Positions 17,591 to 25,875 of a DNA stretch of 32,000 bases are shown in pieces. The stretch comes from Candidatus Iainarchaeum sp. (GTDB taxonomy: Archaea > Iainarchaeota > Iainarchaeia > Iainarchaeales > 0-14-0-20-34-12). Every line of letters starts with the position of its first letter. Positions within the stretch are counted from its first letter, which is position 1. The stretch covers positions 18,655 to 50,654 of the forward strand of contig JAUSKK010000018.1 in the NCBI GenBank assembly GCA_030649345.1, written 5' to 3'. The notes under the pieces were generated by a model. That model was given only the letters and a program-made list of their open reading frames with translations, ran no database searches and was not told the DNA's origin. A program made the translations under genes and the position numbers.

Positions 17591-18481
17591 TTAAACTAGT
17601 AATTTTCCGAATCTAATGCTTCCAGTTAATCTGGCTAATTTTACACAGAATACATACAGCAATCCAATAAAAACAATTAATACAAAATGTGCAAAAGATT
17701 TGTTTTCCAGAAAATTAATTCCCCGAGGAGATGACAAAGTCATTTTTTTGTTGTTTTCCCAAGTTCCCGTGGCTATATTAAAATCCCATTTTGGGCTTAC
17801 CAAAAAACCAAATTTTATTTTTAAAAATTCTTCGCATCTTTTCGTTGGATGTTTTTTGTATAATAAAACATCGTTCATGTGGTATCTTAATCGCTTTCCC
17901 AAATATTTGAATTTATTTTTCCATCCGCTTAAGTTTAAGTCTCGCTCTAAAGGATTGTATTTTGCTTTAATATAACTTAATTCATATCCCAATTCCATTA
18001 TTTTAAATGCTAAATCTGTGTCTTCGCGATAGTAACGATAGGTTTCATCATAGCCATGTACTTTTTCGAGCAACTTTTTTCGGAATCCTGTGCTGGTTCC
18101 ACCATAGCCGCCGTATCCTGTTACAATTCCAATTTTTTCAGAATCAAATCCTGCAATCATTTCGGTTAACCAATTTTTTCCAGGCACACAGTCATGATCC
18201 ATGTTGATTACAATTGAAAATTGTGTTTTTGCAATTCCTGCATTGCGTGCTTTGCATACTCCTTGATTGTTTTCAAAAAAAATTAAACTAATCTTTTTTT
18301 CTTTTTTAAATTTTTGTATAAGCATTTCTTTTGTTCCATCTGTGCTTCCATCATCTACCACAATAATTTCATATTCTCCTGCAAAATTCAGTTGCAGCAT
18401 TGCATTCAGCACTTTTTCCAATCCAGCTTTATTGTTATAAGATGGAATTACAATACTGGCTGCGTTATTTTGCGGATTCAT
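17591..18481 (-). CDS. Glycosyltransferase family 2
   Basis: SIVIPSYNNKAGLEKVL, IIVVDDGSTDGT and NMDHDC. The ATG at 18481 is preceded by AGGAG 10 nt upstream. The longer track ORF (to 18649) would overlap most of the upstream gene's C-terminus. Confidence 0.8.
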   Translation of the reverse strand: MNPQNNAASIVIPSYNNKAGLEKVLNAMLQLNFAGEYEIIVVDDGSTDGTKEMLIQKFKKEKKISLIFFENNQGVCKARNAGIAKTQFSIVINMDHDCVPGKNWLTEMIAGFDSEKIGIVTGYGGYGGTSTGFRKKLLEKVHGYDETYRYYREDTDLAFKIMELGYELSYIKAKYNPLERDLNLSGWKNKFKYLGKRLRYHMNDVLLYKKHPTKRCEEFLKIKFGFLVSPKWDFNIATGTWENNKKMTLSSPRGINFLENKSFAHFVLIVFIGLLYVFCVKLARLTGSIRFGKLLV

Positions 18482-18962
18482 TTTCAATAAACTCCTGAAT
18501 TTTTTGAATAAGTTTTTGCTTATCTGAGCTTGTTTTAGGCTTGAATGTTTTTGCTTTCTGAATGGCTTCCCATAACTGATCAATATTTTGTACTCCAATT
18601 GCTTTTTCCTGCTTTTCCAACTGCTTTGCCAAGTCCAGTTGATGGTCATTTGTGTGCTCTCTAAATTCCTTTAATCTGGGTACAACAACCAGTGGCTTGT
18701 TTTGGGCCAATGTCTTCAAAATAGTTCCAGCCCCTGCATGGGCAATAATAATATCTGAACTTTTTATGAATTCTTCGTATTCGGAATCGGTTAAAAACTT
18801 TTTGTATTCATAGTTCTTTGGGCTGTGCGTTGAATTGCCTATTTGTGCAAACACATTATCTGTAACTTTCTTGCTGGCAATCAGTTCATCCATTTTTTTC
18901 AAAAGACGATCAAATTGCTGAGCGTGCGTTCCGACAGTTACAAAAATATTCCCGGGTTTCAT
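18465..18962 (-). CDS. Alg13-like glycosyltransferase subunit (Glyco_tran_28_C / PssE-Cps14G type)
   Basis: 165 aa with the N-terminus IFVTVGTHAQQFDRLLK, and IIAHAGAGTI. This is the pattern of the catalytic Alg13 half of the UDP-GlcNAc transferase. Confidence 0.7.
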   Translation of the reverse strand: MKPGNIFVTVGTHAQQFDRLLKKMDELIASKKVTDNVFAQIGNSTHSPKNYEYKKFLTDSEYEEFIKSSDIIIAHAGAGTILKTLAQNKPLVVVPRLKEFREHTNDHQLDLAKQLEKQEKAIGVQNIDQLWEAIQKAKTFKPKTSSDKQKLIQKIQEFIENESAK

Positions 18963-19469
18963 TTAAAACACGCTTCCGTAATACTTTGCTTTTGGAAAAA
19001 ATTTCAAATTTTCTTTCCATTGAACTAAAAACAAGTCTGCTTTTGTGTACAAAATTTTTCCACTTTCACTGGGTTCATTAATTCTGCAAAAAGATTCAAT
19101 AAAAATAAGTTTTTTTCCAAAAAGTTTTGCGATCCAGCAAATTGGTACTGCAACGTCTGCGCCTGTGCTAATTATAATATCTGGTTTTTCTTTCAAGAAA
19201 ATTTTTAAGGATTGAAAAAAATTCCAAATTAATTTTAAAAAATTTCTTCTAGGGACTGTTACAAAATATATTTTTTTTGTTTGGCTTAATTCAATTGCAT
19301 TGGGCCTTGAATCGGAAATATAAAAATGATTTTCTTTTTCCCAAGCAGTTCTTAACTGTACTAGTTCAGTTAAATGTCCGCCTGCACTGGCTGCCAAACA
19401 AATTTTCATAGTATTGCTATGGGTGGATTTGTTTAAAAAAAGATTAAACTGGTTCAATTTTGAAAACAT
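18963..19469 (-). CDS. Alg14-like glycosyltransferase subunit (PssD-Cps14F type)
   Basis: 168 aa with KICLAASAGGHLTELVQL and IIISTGADVAVP. Its ATG overlaps the AglH stop (TAATG), and its stop abuts the Alg13 ATG. Confidence 0.7.
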   Translation of the reverse strand: MFSKLNQFNLFLNKSTHSNTMKICLAASAGGHLTELVQLRTAWEKENHFYISDSRPNAIELSQTKKIYFVTVPRRNFLKLIWNFFQSLKIFLKEKPDIIISTGADVAVPICWIAKLFGKKLIFIESFCRINEPSESGKILYTKADLFLVQWKENLKFFPKAKYYGSVF

Positions 19470-20500
19470 TAAATTAGAAGCAGTTCAAACCGAACCAAAA
19501 TCAGAACAGCAATGGAAACCAGCAATTGCATTCCTAAAATGATTGAAGTTACCTGCGGTTCTGTAAATTGGCCTTGGCGCATGACCCATTGCGTTAAACT
19601 TCCGCCGCGCGGATTGGCTTTCAATGTTCCATTGGATTGGGGTATTCCAAAATTTTCGGTTTGAAATTTGTGCTTGGCCTTGAAAGTCAATTCAATAAAA
19701 AATAAAATCATTAACAAAACACCTACTTTTTCGATATCCCCTAAAATACAAATTGTTGCAATGGTTGCACCAATCATTAAAGTTAATGTATCCCCGCCGA
19801 AAATTTTTGCAGGATATTTATTGAATTTTAAAAAAGCCAGCAAAGAAAACAGCAAAGCAATGCTTAAAATCAAAGGCTCAACTCTGCCCAGCATTAACAA
19901 AACAAGAGAAAGAGTTGCTGCCATAATTGCACCCAAGCCTGCTTCCAATCCATTTAATCCTGCCAGCATATTGGTGGCATTGCTGGCTCCAGTAATTCCA
20001 ATGGGCACAAACAATAATGAATATAAAATTCCAAAACTAATAATTCCCAAGCCTGGGATAATAAATTCTGCTGGAAAAAATCCAAAAAACGGCAGACGAA
20101 TTGGTGGATTTGCAATTTTGATGGCCATTAATGGAAGTGAAGCCATGATGGGGGTTAAGGCATGCTGCCATTGCCTTAATCCATTTTTCCAGCCAACTAA
20201 GTCATCAATCATTCCAATAAATGCAATAATTAAAATAGTAGAATAGCCAGCCAGCAAAATAGTGAGATTAATTTCAATTAATTTAAGATAGGTTGAAACA
20301 AAAATAGCAGAAGTTATGCCTGCATTTAATCCAGCCCAAACTGCAATGCCACCCATTTCTGGAATTTCTGGATTGCCTAATTTGTTCATATCTTTTCCAG
20401 TCAAACCTCTTTTTTTCATGTACTTAATTACAAAAGGTGTCAAAAGATATGTGGCAAAAAAAGATGCTATTGCAATAATTCCTAAAACCAGCCAGCTAAT
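19469..20500 (-). CDS. aglH: UDP-GlcNAc:dolichyl-phosphate GlcNAc-1-phosphate transferase (Alg7/AglH, MraY-WecA superfamily)
   Basis: GKDMNK, IPEMGG, MIDDLVG and NATNMLAGLNGLEAG (the eukaryote/archaeal GPT signature). The 5' end is extended to an ATT at 20500-20498, 7 nt after GGAGG, so that TM1 (SWLVLGIIAIASFFATYLL) is included. The most upstream canonical start is the TTG at 20443, which is conservative but truncates TM1. Confidence 0.75.
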   Translation of the reverse strand: MSWLVLGIIAIASFFATYLLTPFVIKYMKKRGLTGKDMNKLGNPEIPEMGGIAVWAGLNAGITSAIFVSTYLKLIEINLTILLAGYSTILIIAFIGMIDDLVGWKNGLRQWQHALTPIMASLPLMAIKIANPPIRLPFFGFFPAEFIIPGLGIISFGILYSLLFVPIGITGASNATNMLAGLNGLEAGLGAIMAATLSLVLLMLGRVEPLILSIALLFSLLAFLKFNKYPAKIFGGDTLTLMIGATIATICILGDIEKVGVLLMILFFIELTFKAKHKFQTENFGIPQSNGTLKANPRGGSLTQWVMRQGQFTEPQVTSIILGMQLLVSIAVLILVRFELLLI

Positions 20501-20513
20501 AGAAAAGCCTCCT

Positions 20514-22637
20514 TTATTCGTAAACTATTTCTTTTATTTTAAAAATTTTCATTCTTTGATTGCTGTACACTTCTTCAAAATAATTCATTGCGTTTTGTTC
20601 ATGGAACCAAATTTTAGCCAAAGTTGAATCATTCATGGTTTTTCCTAAAACAAAAATTGCGTTGTTGTTAAAATTTCGATAATACCATATTGGTTTTCGT
20701 CCTTCCTGAATTTCGCTCGGAGTTTTTTTCCAAACATTGGGAAGATTAGCCATTTGGTTTCCTGGAATTTGATTTCCACCACAAGAATAATTGGTTCCAT
20801 CAAAACCACAAAGCAAAGCAAAACCAGAATAACCTTCCAGTTTTGTTTGCGTTAAGTTTGGAATTTCATTAAAATTTAATGTATTGTATCCATAAATCAA
20901 AAATGATTGAGCAGACGAAAACATATCTCGATCCAATAACAAATATTCGGGTTGAAATTTTCGAACAATCTCCAAAGATTCAGAAAAATCTGTGGCAATT
21001 AAAAACTTTGCAAATTCTCCATTGTGCGGAGGATATGCATTTCGGTTATCTAAAAATGGCCTTTTTTCAGCAATAAAAGCTACCCAATGGCCTACATCCC
21101 ACCAGTTGAACATTTTTGCATTTTCCGGCAAATTTTGCTGCATCCAGTTGAGTCCTTCTTTCCAGCCATCCCATACTTCAATGCTGGGCGGTTGTGTTGG
21201 CATAAATATCGCTCCTGCAGCAACACTGGTTAATACTAAAAATCCTAAACCAAGTGCGATAATTTTGGGTTCAAGTGCATTGACTAATTTTCCTTTAAAA
21301 AATTCACAAAAATGTACAACGCATACTGCCGCTGCAGCCGCAATGGGTAAACCGAAAGTAAATGTGTACTGTAGTTTGTAATAAGCCATGAAAAAAGTAA
21401 TGGCAATCCAAAAAAACAAAATCAAACTTAAATGTTCGTCTTTTTTTCTGAAAATGCGATACGGGATAATCAGCAAAGCAAGAATGGGAAATACAATCAT
21501 AATGCTGAACTTTTCCCCAAATGCATTCAAGCCCATGCTTTCTTCTCCAATCGTTTGAGACAAAACAGTATTCGGCCTAAAAGCATTGCTTAAAACTTTT
21601 CCCGGGTCAGTGAATGTAATTAATAAAATAATTAACATAACGTAAAGCACTGCAGTCAATGCTAAGTTTACAGAAGGATATTGTTTGTTTTTTCTTTTAA
21701 TCCAAAACAAGACTGCCAGTAAAACAATGCTGGCTACCACAATTCCAAAAATAATTGGTTGGGCAATTAAAGTGTGAATTGGTAAAACAATGGAAGCCAT
21801 TTCAATGGCTGAGTGAACCCAATCGGGATTTTTAATAAATGTTAAAATACTGAAGCCTGCAAAGCTTGTAATAAAAATTGCCGTTAATGCTTTGGTTTCT
21901 TCAAACGTTTTCAGTGCAAAATATTTTAAGAATGTAAAAATAAAATAACCTAACAAAATCATGGGTACAACCAAATAAAACTGCCAAGCAAAAGCCATGG
22001 CCCCCAATAATAAGCCGGCAATTCCTGCGTAAACTAAATTTTTTTTGGCTAATTTAGGTTCGCGTATAGCTTCTGCAAAGAAAACAAATCCCCAAACCAT
22101 CCACATAAAACCGAAACTGTCATCTTCAAAAAATCCAGCCATGGTTCTGTATGCAAAAGCTGGAATCGTTGCAGCAATTAATGCTGCGGTGATCCCTGCA
22201 ATAGTTCCAAAATCAAATTCAGATTCATTTTCTTTTTTTCTTCGAAAAATTGCTTTCCCTAAAAAAAACATTCCAACTACGGTTAAAGCACCATAAATTG
22301 CAGGGATAATTTTCGCTAGCTGAATAAGTTTTTCTTTGTCATATCCTGAACCCAAATTAACGATGTTGTAAATGAGTGCATTCAATTGCCAAAAGAAAGG
22401 ACCGATGCTTGGAAGTGAAGAACCGCCAATTTGATAATAGGCTAAAGGATCATGTTCAGGTAAAGGAATTCCTTGCAGTACATAGGAAGTCATTCTGGCA
22501 TGATAATAAGTATCGAATTCAAAAAATAAACCATATTTGAGATTATAGCCGCGGATTCCAAAAGCCAATAAAAATAGCAATAAAACAATGAATAATTGTT
22601 TTTTGTCAATGGTTTTAACCCAGTCTAGTAGACCCAT
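20514..22637 (-). CDS. aglB: Archaeal oligosaccharyltransferase AglB (STT3 family)
   Basis: N-terminal loop motif FFEFDTYYHARM, a multi-TM N-terminal domain and the WWDYG-type motif NWWDVGHW. The ATG at 22637 (MGLLDWVK) is preferred over the TTG at 22673. Confidence 0.85.
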   Translation of the reverse strand: MGLLDWVKTIDKKQLFIVLLLFLLAFGIRGYNLKYGLFFEFDTYYHARMTSYVLQGIPLPEHDPLAYYQIGGSSLPSIGPFFWQLNALIYNIVNLGSGYDKEKLIQLAKIIPAIYGALTVVGMFFLGKAIFRRKKENESEFDFGTIAGITAALIAATIPAFAYRTMAGFFEDDSFGFMWMVWGFVFFAEAIREPKLAKKNLVYAGIAGLLLGAMAFAWQFYLVVPMILLGYFIFTFLKYFALKTFEETKALTAIFITSFAGFSILTFIKNPDWVHSAIEMASIVLPIHTLIAQPIIFGIVVASIVLLAVLFWIKRKNKQYPSVNLALTAVLYVMLIILLITFTDPGKVLSNAFRPNTVLSQTIGEESMGLNAFGEKFSIMIVFPILALLIIPYRIFRKKDEHLSLILFFWIAITFFMAYYKLQYTFTFGLPIAAAAAVCVVHFCEFFKGKLVNALEPKIIALGLGFLVLTSVAAGAIFMPTQPPSIEVWDGWKEGLNWMQQNLPENAKMFNWWDVGHWVAFIAEKRPFLDNRNAYPPHNGEFAKFLIATDFSESLEIVRKFQPEYLLLDRDMFSSAQSFLIYGYNTLNFNEIPNLTQTKLEGYSGFALLCGFDGTNYSCGGNQIPGNQMANLPNVWKKTPSEIQEGRKPIWYYRNFNNNAIFVLGKTMNDSTLAKIWFHEQNAMNYFEEVYSNQRMKIFKIKEIVYE

Positions 22638-22722
22638 ATTAGTTAATTCTATATAGTAAAGAAATTTAAACAAACCTCTAATTTAGCTAAATCCATTTAA
22701 ATGCTAAAATTTCTATTTATTT

Positions 22723-23205
22723 ATGTCTTCAAATTCGTTTCTTGATTTTTTAAAAGACAAATCCAAATATGCACAAACTGTGTCAGCATCTTTTCTGAAA
22801 TCCTTTCGAAACCAATGGCGTTCCAAATTTGCCTTTAACTATTTTGGAATTACCATGCATGCAGGTCCTTGTTGTATGTATTCTAGAAGCTATGATTGGC
22901 ATTATTTTAGTTACCGTGATTTTCAGCCAACCTATGCTTACTTTGATTCTATTGCGTCACGCACTTCTGCTCGTGAATGGGTTATTGTTTTTTTGGAAGA
23001 ATGCAATCTCCCTGGCTTAAGAATTCAATTTTCGGAATTGAAAAACTTCCTTAAAAATAATCCAGAACTAAATGAGAGTATTTATTTTACTCCGGAAAGT
23101 TTTGCTTGGACTTTAGTATTTACTCATGAATATGCCTTTGGCCCCTATTTGTATTTAGCTGATAATTGGCGCCACAAAATAATTCATGATTACAATCCAA
23201 AATAA
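22723..23205 (+). CDS. Hypothetical protein (160 aa, aromatic-rich, no recognised domain)
   Basis: A clean ORF with an ATG start, divergent from aglB. I could not recognise any motif. Confidence 0.45.
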   Translation: MSSNSFLDFLKDKSKYAQTVSASFLKSFRNQWRSKFAFNYFGITMHAGPCCMYSRSYDWHYFSYRDFQPTYAYFDSIASRTSAREWVIVFLEECNLPGLRIQFSELKNFLKNNPELNESIYFTPESFAWTLVFTHEYAFGPYLYLADNWRHKIIHDYNPK

Positions 23206-23244
23206 GGAAATTTAAAATAATTTTTCTAGAAAAAGTATAAAAGT

Positions 23245-23361
23245 GATTAGCAGCTTTCGATAAACTCCACGCGTTAACGCAGTTTTTATCATACTCTGCA
23301 AGGTTTAACTTCTGGGTTCGGAATGGGTCCAGGTATTGCCCTTGCGATATGACCGCTAATC
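23245..23361 (-). rRNA. rrf: 5S ribosomal RNA
   Basis: The minus strand reads GATTAGCGGTCATATCGCAAGGGCAATACCTGGACCCATTCCGAACCCAGAAGTTAAACCTTGCAG...GCTGCTAATC. It has the conserved CCGAAC..AGAAGTTAAG-type loop region. The terminal helix is GATTAGC/GCTAATC and helix II is CGCAAGG/CCTTGCAG. Confidence 0.85.
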
Positions 23362-23382
23362 TACTAATACTTGAAAATAAGG

Positions 23383-23391
23383 TTTAAATAA
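23383..23391 (-). promoter_or_regulatory. Candidate TATA box (TTATTTAAA on the minus strand) for the 5S rRNA
   Basis: It ends 21 nt upstream of the predicted 5S 5' end, so its centre is near -26. This is the canonical archaeal spacing. Confidence 0.45.
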
Positions 23392-23450
23392 CCAATTGTA
23401 GACTATTTTATTATACTTTTTTTAACAAAAGTCTATTTTAACGTGATTTT

Positions 23451-23732
23451 ATGAATGTTCCAAAGGTAATGAAAGATTACTGTAAAAAATGCAATTCGCA
23501 TACAGAACACAAAGTAAAACTATTCAAAACGAATAAAATGCGAACCATGTCCATGGGTCAAAGAAGAAATCAAGAAAAAAAGAGCGGATATGGCGGAAAA
23601 TACCAGTTTACTGCAATTGTCAAAAAACAAAACAAACGCCCAACTTTTGTCATGGAATGCAGCACTTGTAAAACCAAACACTATTTCGTTATTCCCAAAC
23701 GAATGAAAAAAGTAGAATTCGCAGCCAGTTAA
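23451..23732 (+). CDS. rpl44e: 50S ribosomal protein L44e (eL42)
   Basis: 93 aa and very basic. The zinc ribbon is CKKCNSHTEH...CSTCKTKH, and KSGYGGKYQF is also typical of L44e. Confidence 0.9.
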   Translation: MNVPKVMKDYCKKCNSHTEHKVKLFKTNKMRTMSMGQRRNQEKKSGYGGKYQFTAIVKKQNKRPTFVMECSTCKTKHYFVIPKRMKKVEFAAS

Positions 23733-23802
23733 TTAACAACTTTCTTTTCCGTATTTTTTTGTTAACTGTTTTTATTTGTTTCTTTATTAAACTAATTCAT
23801 TC

Positions 23803-24636
23803 ATGGCTGCACAAAACTCAATCTTATTAATCATTAAACAATCCAATGGAATCAAATACAATACTTTACTTTCCAAAATCTCCGGAAATTATTCAAATAT
23901 TAACTCTGCCCGGGCTGCCTTAAGCAGAGCCATCAAATACTTTAATGCTTTAGGATACATTGTCAAAAGTGCCGATGATTCTTTTTCTTTAACCCATAAA
24001 GGTTTGGCAAAATTAGGCACTGAAATGCGGAATAAATTATTAATTCGCTTGCATGATCTTTTGTCGGATAAAAATTCAATTGAAAACATTGACGCCATTG
24101 TTGAACAATTTTCTACCGTAATTGCAAGAAGCACTGAAGACATAGATTTATTGAAAATGGCTAAAAATAGTTCTGAATTTCATATTTCGGATTTGGAAAA
24201 ATTAAGCAAAGAACTTGAAAAAAAAGCAGCTCATTTAACCTACTTGAATGGAATTATTAAACATCACATCGAGACTTTGAAAAAAATGGATTTCCGCGAT
24301 TATTGGCAAACTGAATTAAGCGAAGCAGCAATTGCAGAACTATTGACTTTAGCTGAACAAGAACAAGTGCAGGATTTCTTTCTGGCTGGAGATGAAAGTT
24401 TTTTAAAAAAATTAAACGAAACATTGGCTGGAGAATTCAAATCTTCGCATTTATTTTATCCGATTGCCCAATTATCTGCTGTGCTAGTATTTCTTCAAAA
24501 AGAACTTTTTTCAAACCCAGTTCCGTTAAAACCAACGCAAACTATGTCTATATTTCTGGGTGCATTGCAATTTAAATTTGAAAACTTTGCCATGGTTGTA
24601 TTTGCACCGTATGCAAAAATTAAACATAAACGATAA
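23803..24636 (+). CDS. Hypothetical protein with a putative N-terminal winged-helix domain and a coiled-coil middle region
   Basis: 277 aa. The N-terminal ~75 aa (ILLIIKQSNGIKYNTLLSKISG...LGYIVKSADDSFSLTHKG) look wHTH-like. Heptad-like E/K/L-rich segments follow. This is weak, by-eye evidence. Confidence 0.45.
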   Translation: MAAQNSILLIIKQSNGIKYNTLLSKISGNYSNINSARAALSRAIKYFNALGYIVKSADDSFSLTHKGLAKLGTEMRNKLLIRLHDLLSDKNSIENIDAIVEQFSTVIARSTEDIDLLKMAKNSSEFHISDLEKLSKELEKKAAHLTYLNGIIKHHIETLKKMDFRDYWQTELSEAAIAELLTLAEQEQVQDFFLAGDESFLKKLNETLAGEFKSSHLFYPIAQLSAVLVFLQKELFSNPVPLKPTQTMSIFLGALQFKFENFAMVVFAPYAKIKHKR

Positions 24637-24645
24637 GGAACTGAT

Positions 24646-25758
24646 ATGACGCGAATTTTATATTCTGTATGCGGAATTGGAATGGGCCATGCTACCCGCT
24701 CTACTTATTTAATTGAAGAATTATCTAAGCAAAACGAAGTCTTAATTTTAAGTCATGGAAAAGCTTTTGAGTATTTTTCGAAGAAGTTTCCCCATGTTCA
24801 CAAAATTGAAGGATTTGAGTTAGGTTTTTCTGGAACTGAATTCGACAAATCAAAGACTGTTTCTTTGAATTTGCCGAAAGTTCCTCGTTTGTTAACGTAC
24901 AATAGCAAAGTTTTACTTAAACTCATCAAATCGTTTAAACCTCAGTTGATTGTTACTGACTTTGATCCAAATGCTTTGTTTGCCGGAAACTTTTTTAGAA
25001 TTCCAGTGATCACAATTACAAACATGCATTTAATGAATTTTATTAAACCCAAACTTTCTTGGAAAGACAAATTTGAATTTTTTTGGTCGGAGAAAATTAT
25101 TCTGAAAAGTTTTTCTTCCAGCAATGATTTAATTGTTTCTTCGTTTGCCAAGCCCAAAAATGTGAAAAAGAAAAAATATCATTTCTTTTATCCTTTGGTG
25201 CGCCGAGAAATTTTAGAATTATCTAAAAAAATAAAAGTATCGCATAAAAAAACTTCAGTAATTTATTTAGATCAGCATATTTTAAAAAATTTAGAACCTT
25301 TGCTGGTTCATTTTCCGGAACGTACGTTTATCATTTACTCTGCTGTTGGTAATTTGAAGCTAACCAATGTTGTTTACAAAAAATTTGATGCTCAAAACTT
25401 TTTAGCTGACTTGATTGCTTGCGATTCTGTGATTTGCCATGGCGGTATTTCCATGTTGTCAGAAGCTGTAGTCTTGCACAAGCCAGTGTATGTTTGTTCA
25501 GATAAAAACTTTTTTGAGCGATACTATAATGGAACTGTTCTCCAAGATCAAGGCTTGGCTGTCTTAGAAGAACAGCCTTTTTTAGCTGGCTTAAAAGTGT
25601 TTTTTAATTCTTTACAGGAAATAAATCAAAATTACACGAAAACAAAAATTGTTCCAGAAAATGAAAAAATATTGAAAAAAATTCAGCAAATTATAAAACA
25701 AAAAGCCAAATCCGAAAATTACAAGTTGCCTTTATTGCTGGAAAAGTTAAACATTTAG
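24646..25758 (+). CDS. GT-B glycosyltransferase, MJ1255/MurG-like family
   Basis: 370 aa with the N-terminus ILYSVCGIGMGHATRS and the C-terminal segment VICHGGISMLSEA, as in GT28/GT1-type enzymes. Confidence 0.6.
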   Translation: MTRILYSVCGIGMGHATRSTYLIEELSKQNEVLILSHGKAFEYFSKKFPHVHKIEGFELGFSGTEFDKSKTVSLNLPKVPRLLTYNSKVLLKLIKSFKPQLIVTDFDPNALFAGNFFRIPVITITNMHLMNFIKPKLSWKDKFEFFWSEKIILKSFSSSNDLIVSSFAKPKNVKKKKYHFFYPLVRREILELSKKIKVSHKKTSVIYLDQHILKNLEPLLVHFPERTFIIYSAVGNLKLTNVVYKKFDAQNFLADLIACDSVICHGGISMLSEAVVLHKPVYVCSDKNFFERYYNGTVLQDQGLAVLEEQPFLAGLKVFFNSLQEINQNYTKTKIVPENEKILKKIQQIIKQKAKSENYKLPLLLEKLNI

Positions 25759-25875
25759 AAATGCAGTGCTGTTTTAGTTTCGTACATTTCTATGCTAACT
25801 TGTTGAAAATTTGTCTTAATTTAAATACAAAGTTGAACCAATAAGTCTTTAAAATCCATTTTTACTATGTTATGT

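Noticed and set aside
17591-18649. Long version (352 aa) of the GT2 ORF extending over the Alg13-like gene
   Set aside because: The extra 56 N-terminal residues are basic and low-complexity and overlap the Alg13-like C-terminus. An internal ATG at 18481 with an AGGAG site gives a canonical GT2 N-terminus.
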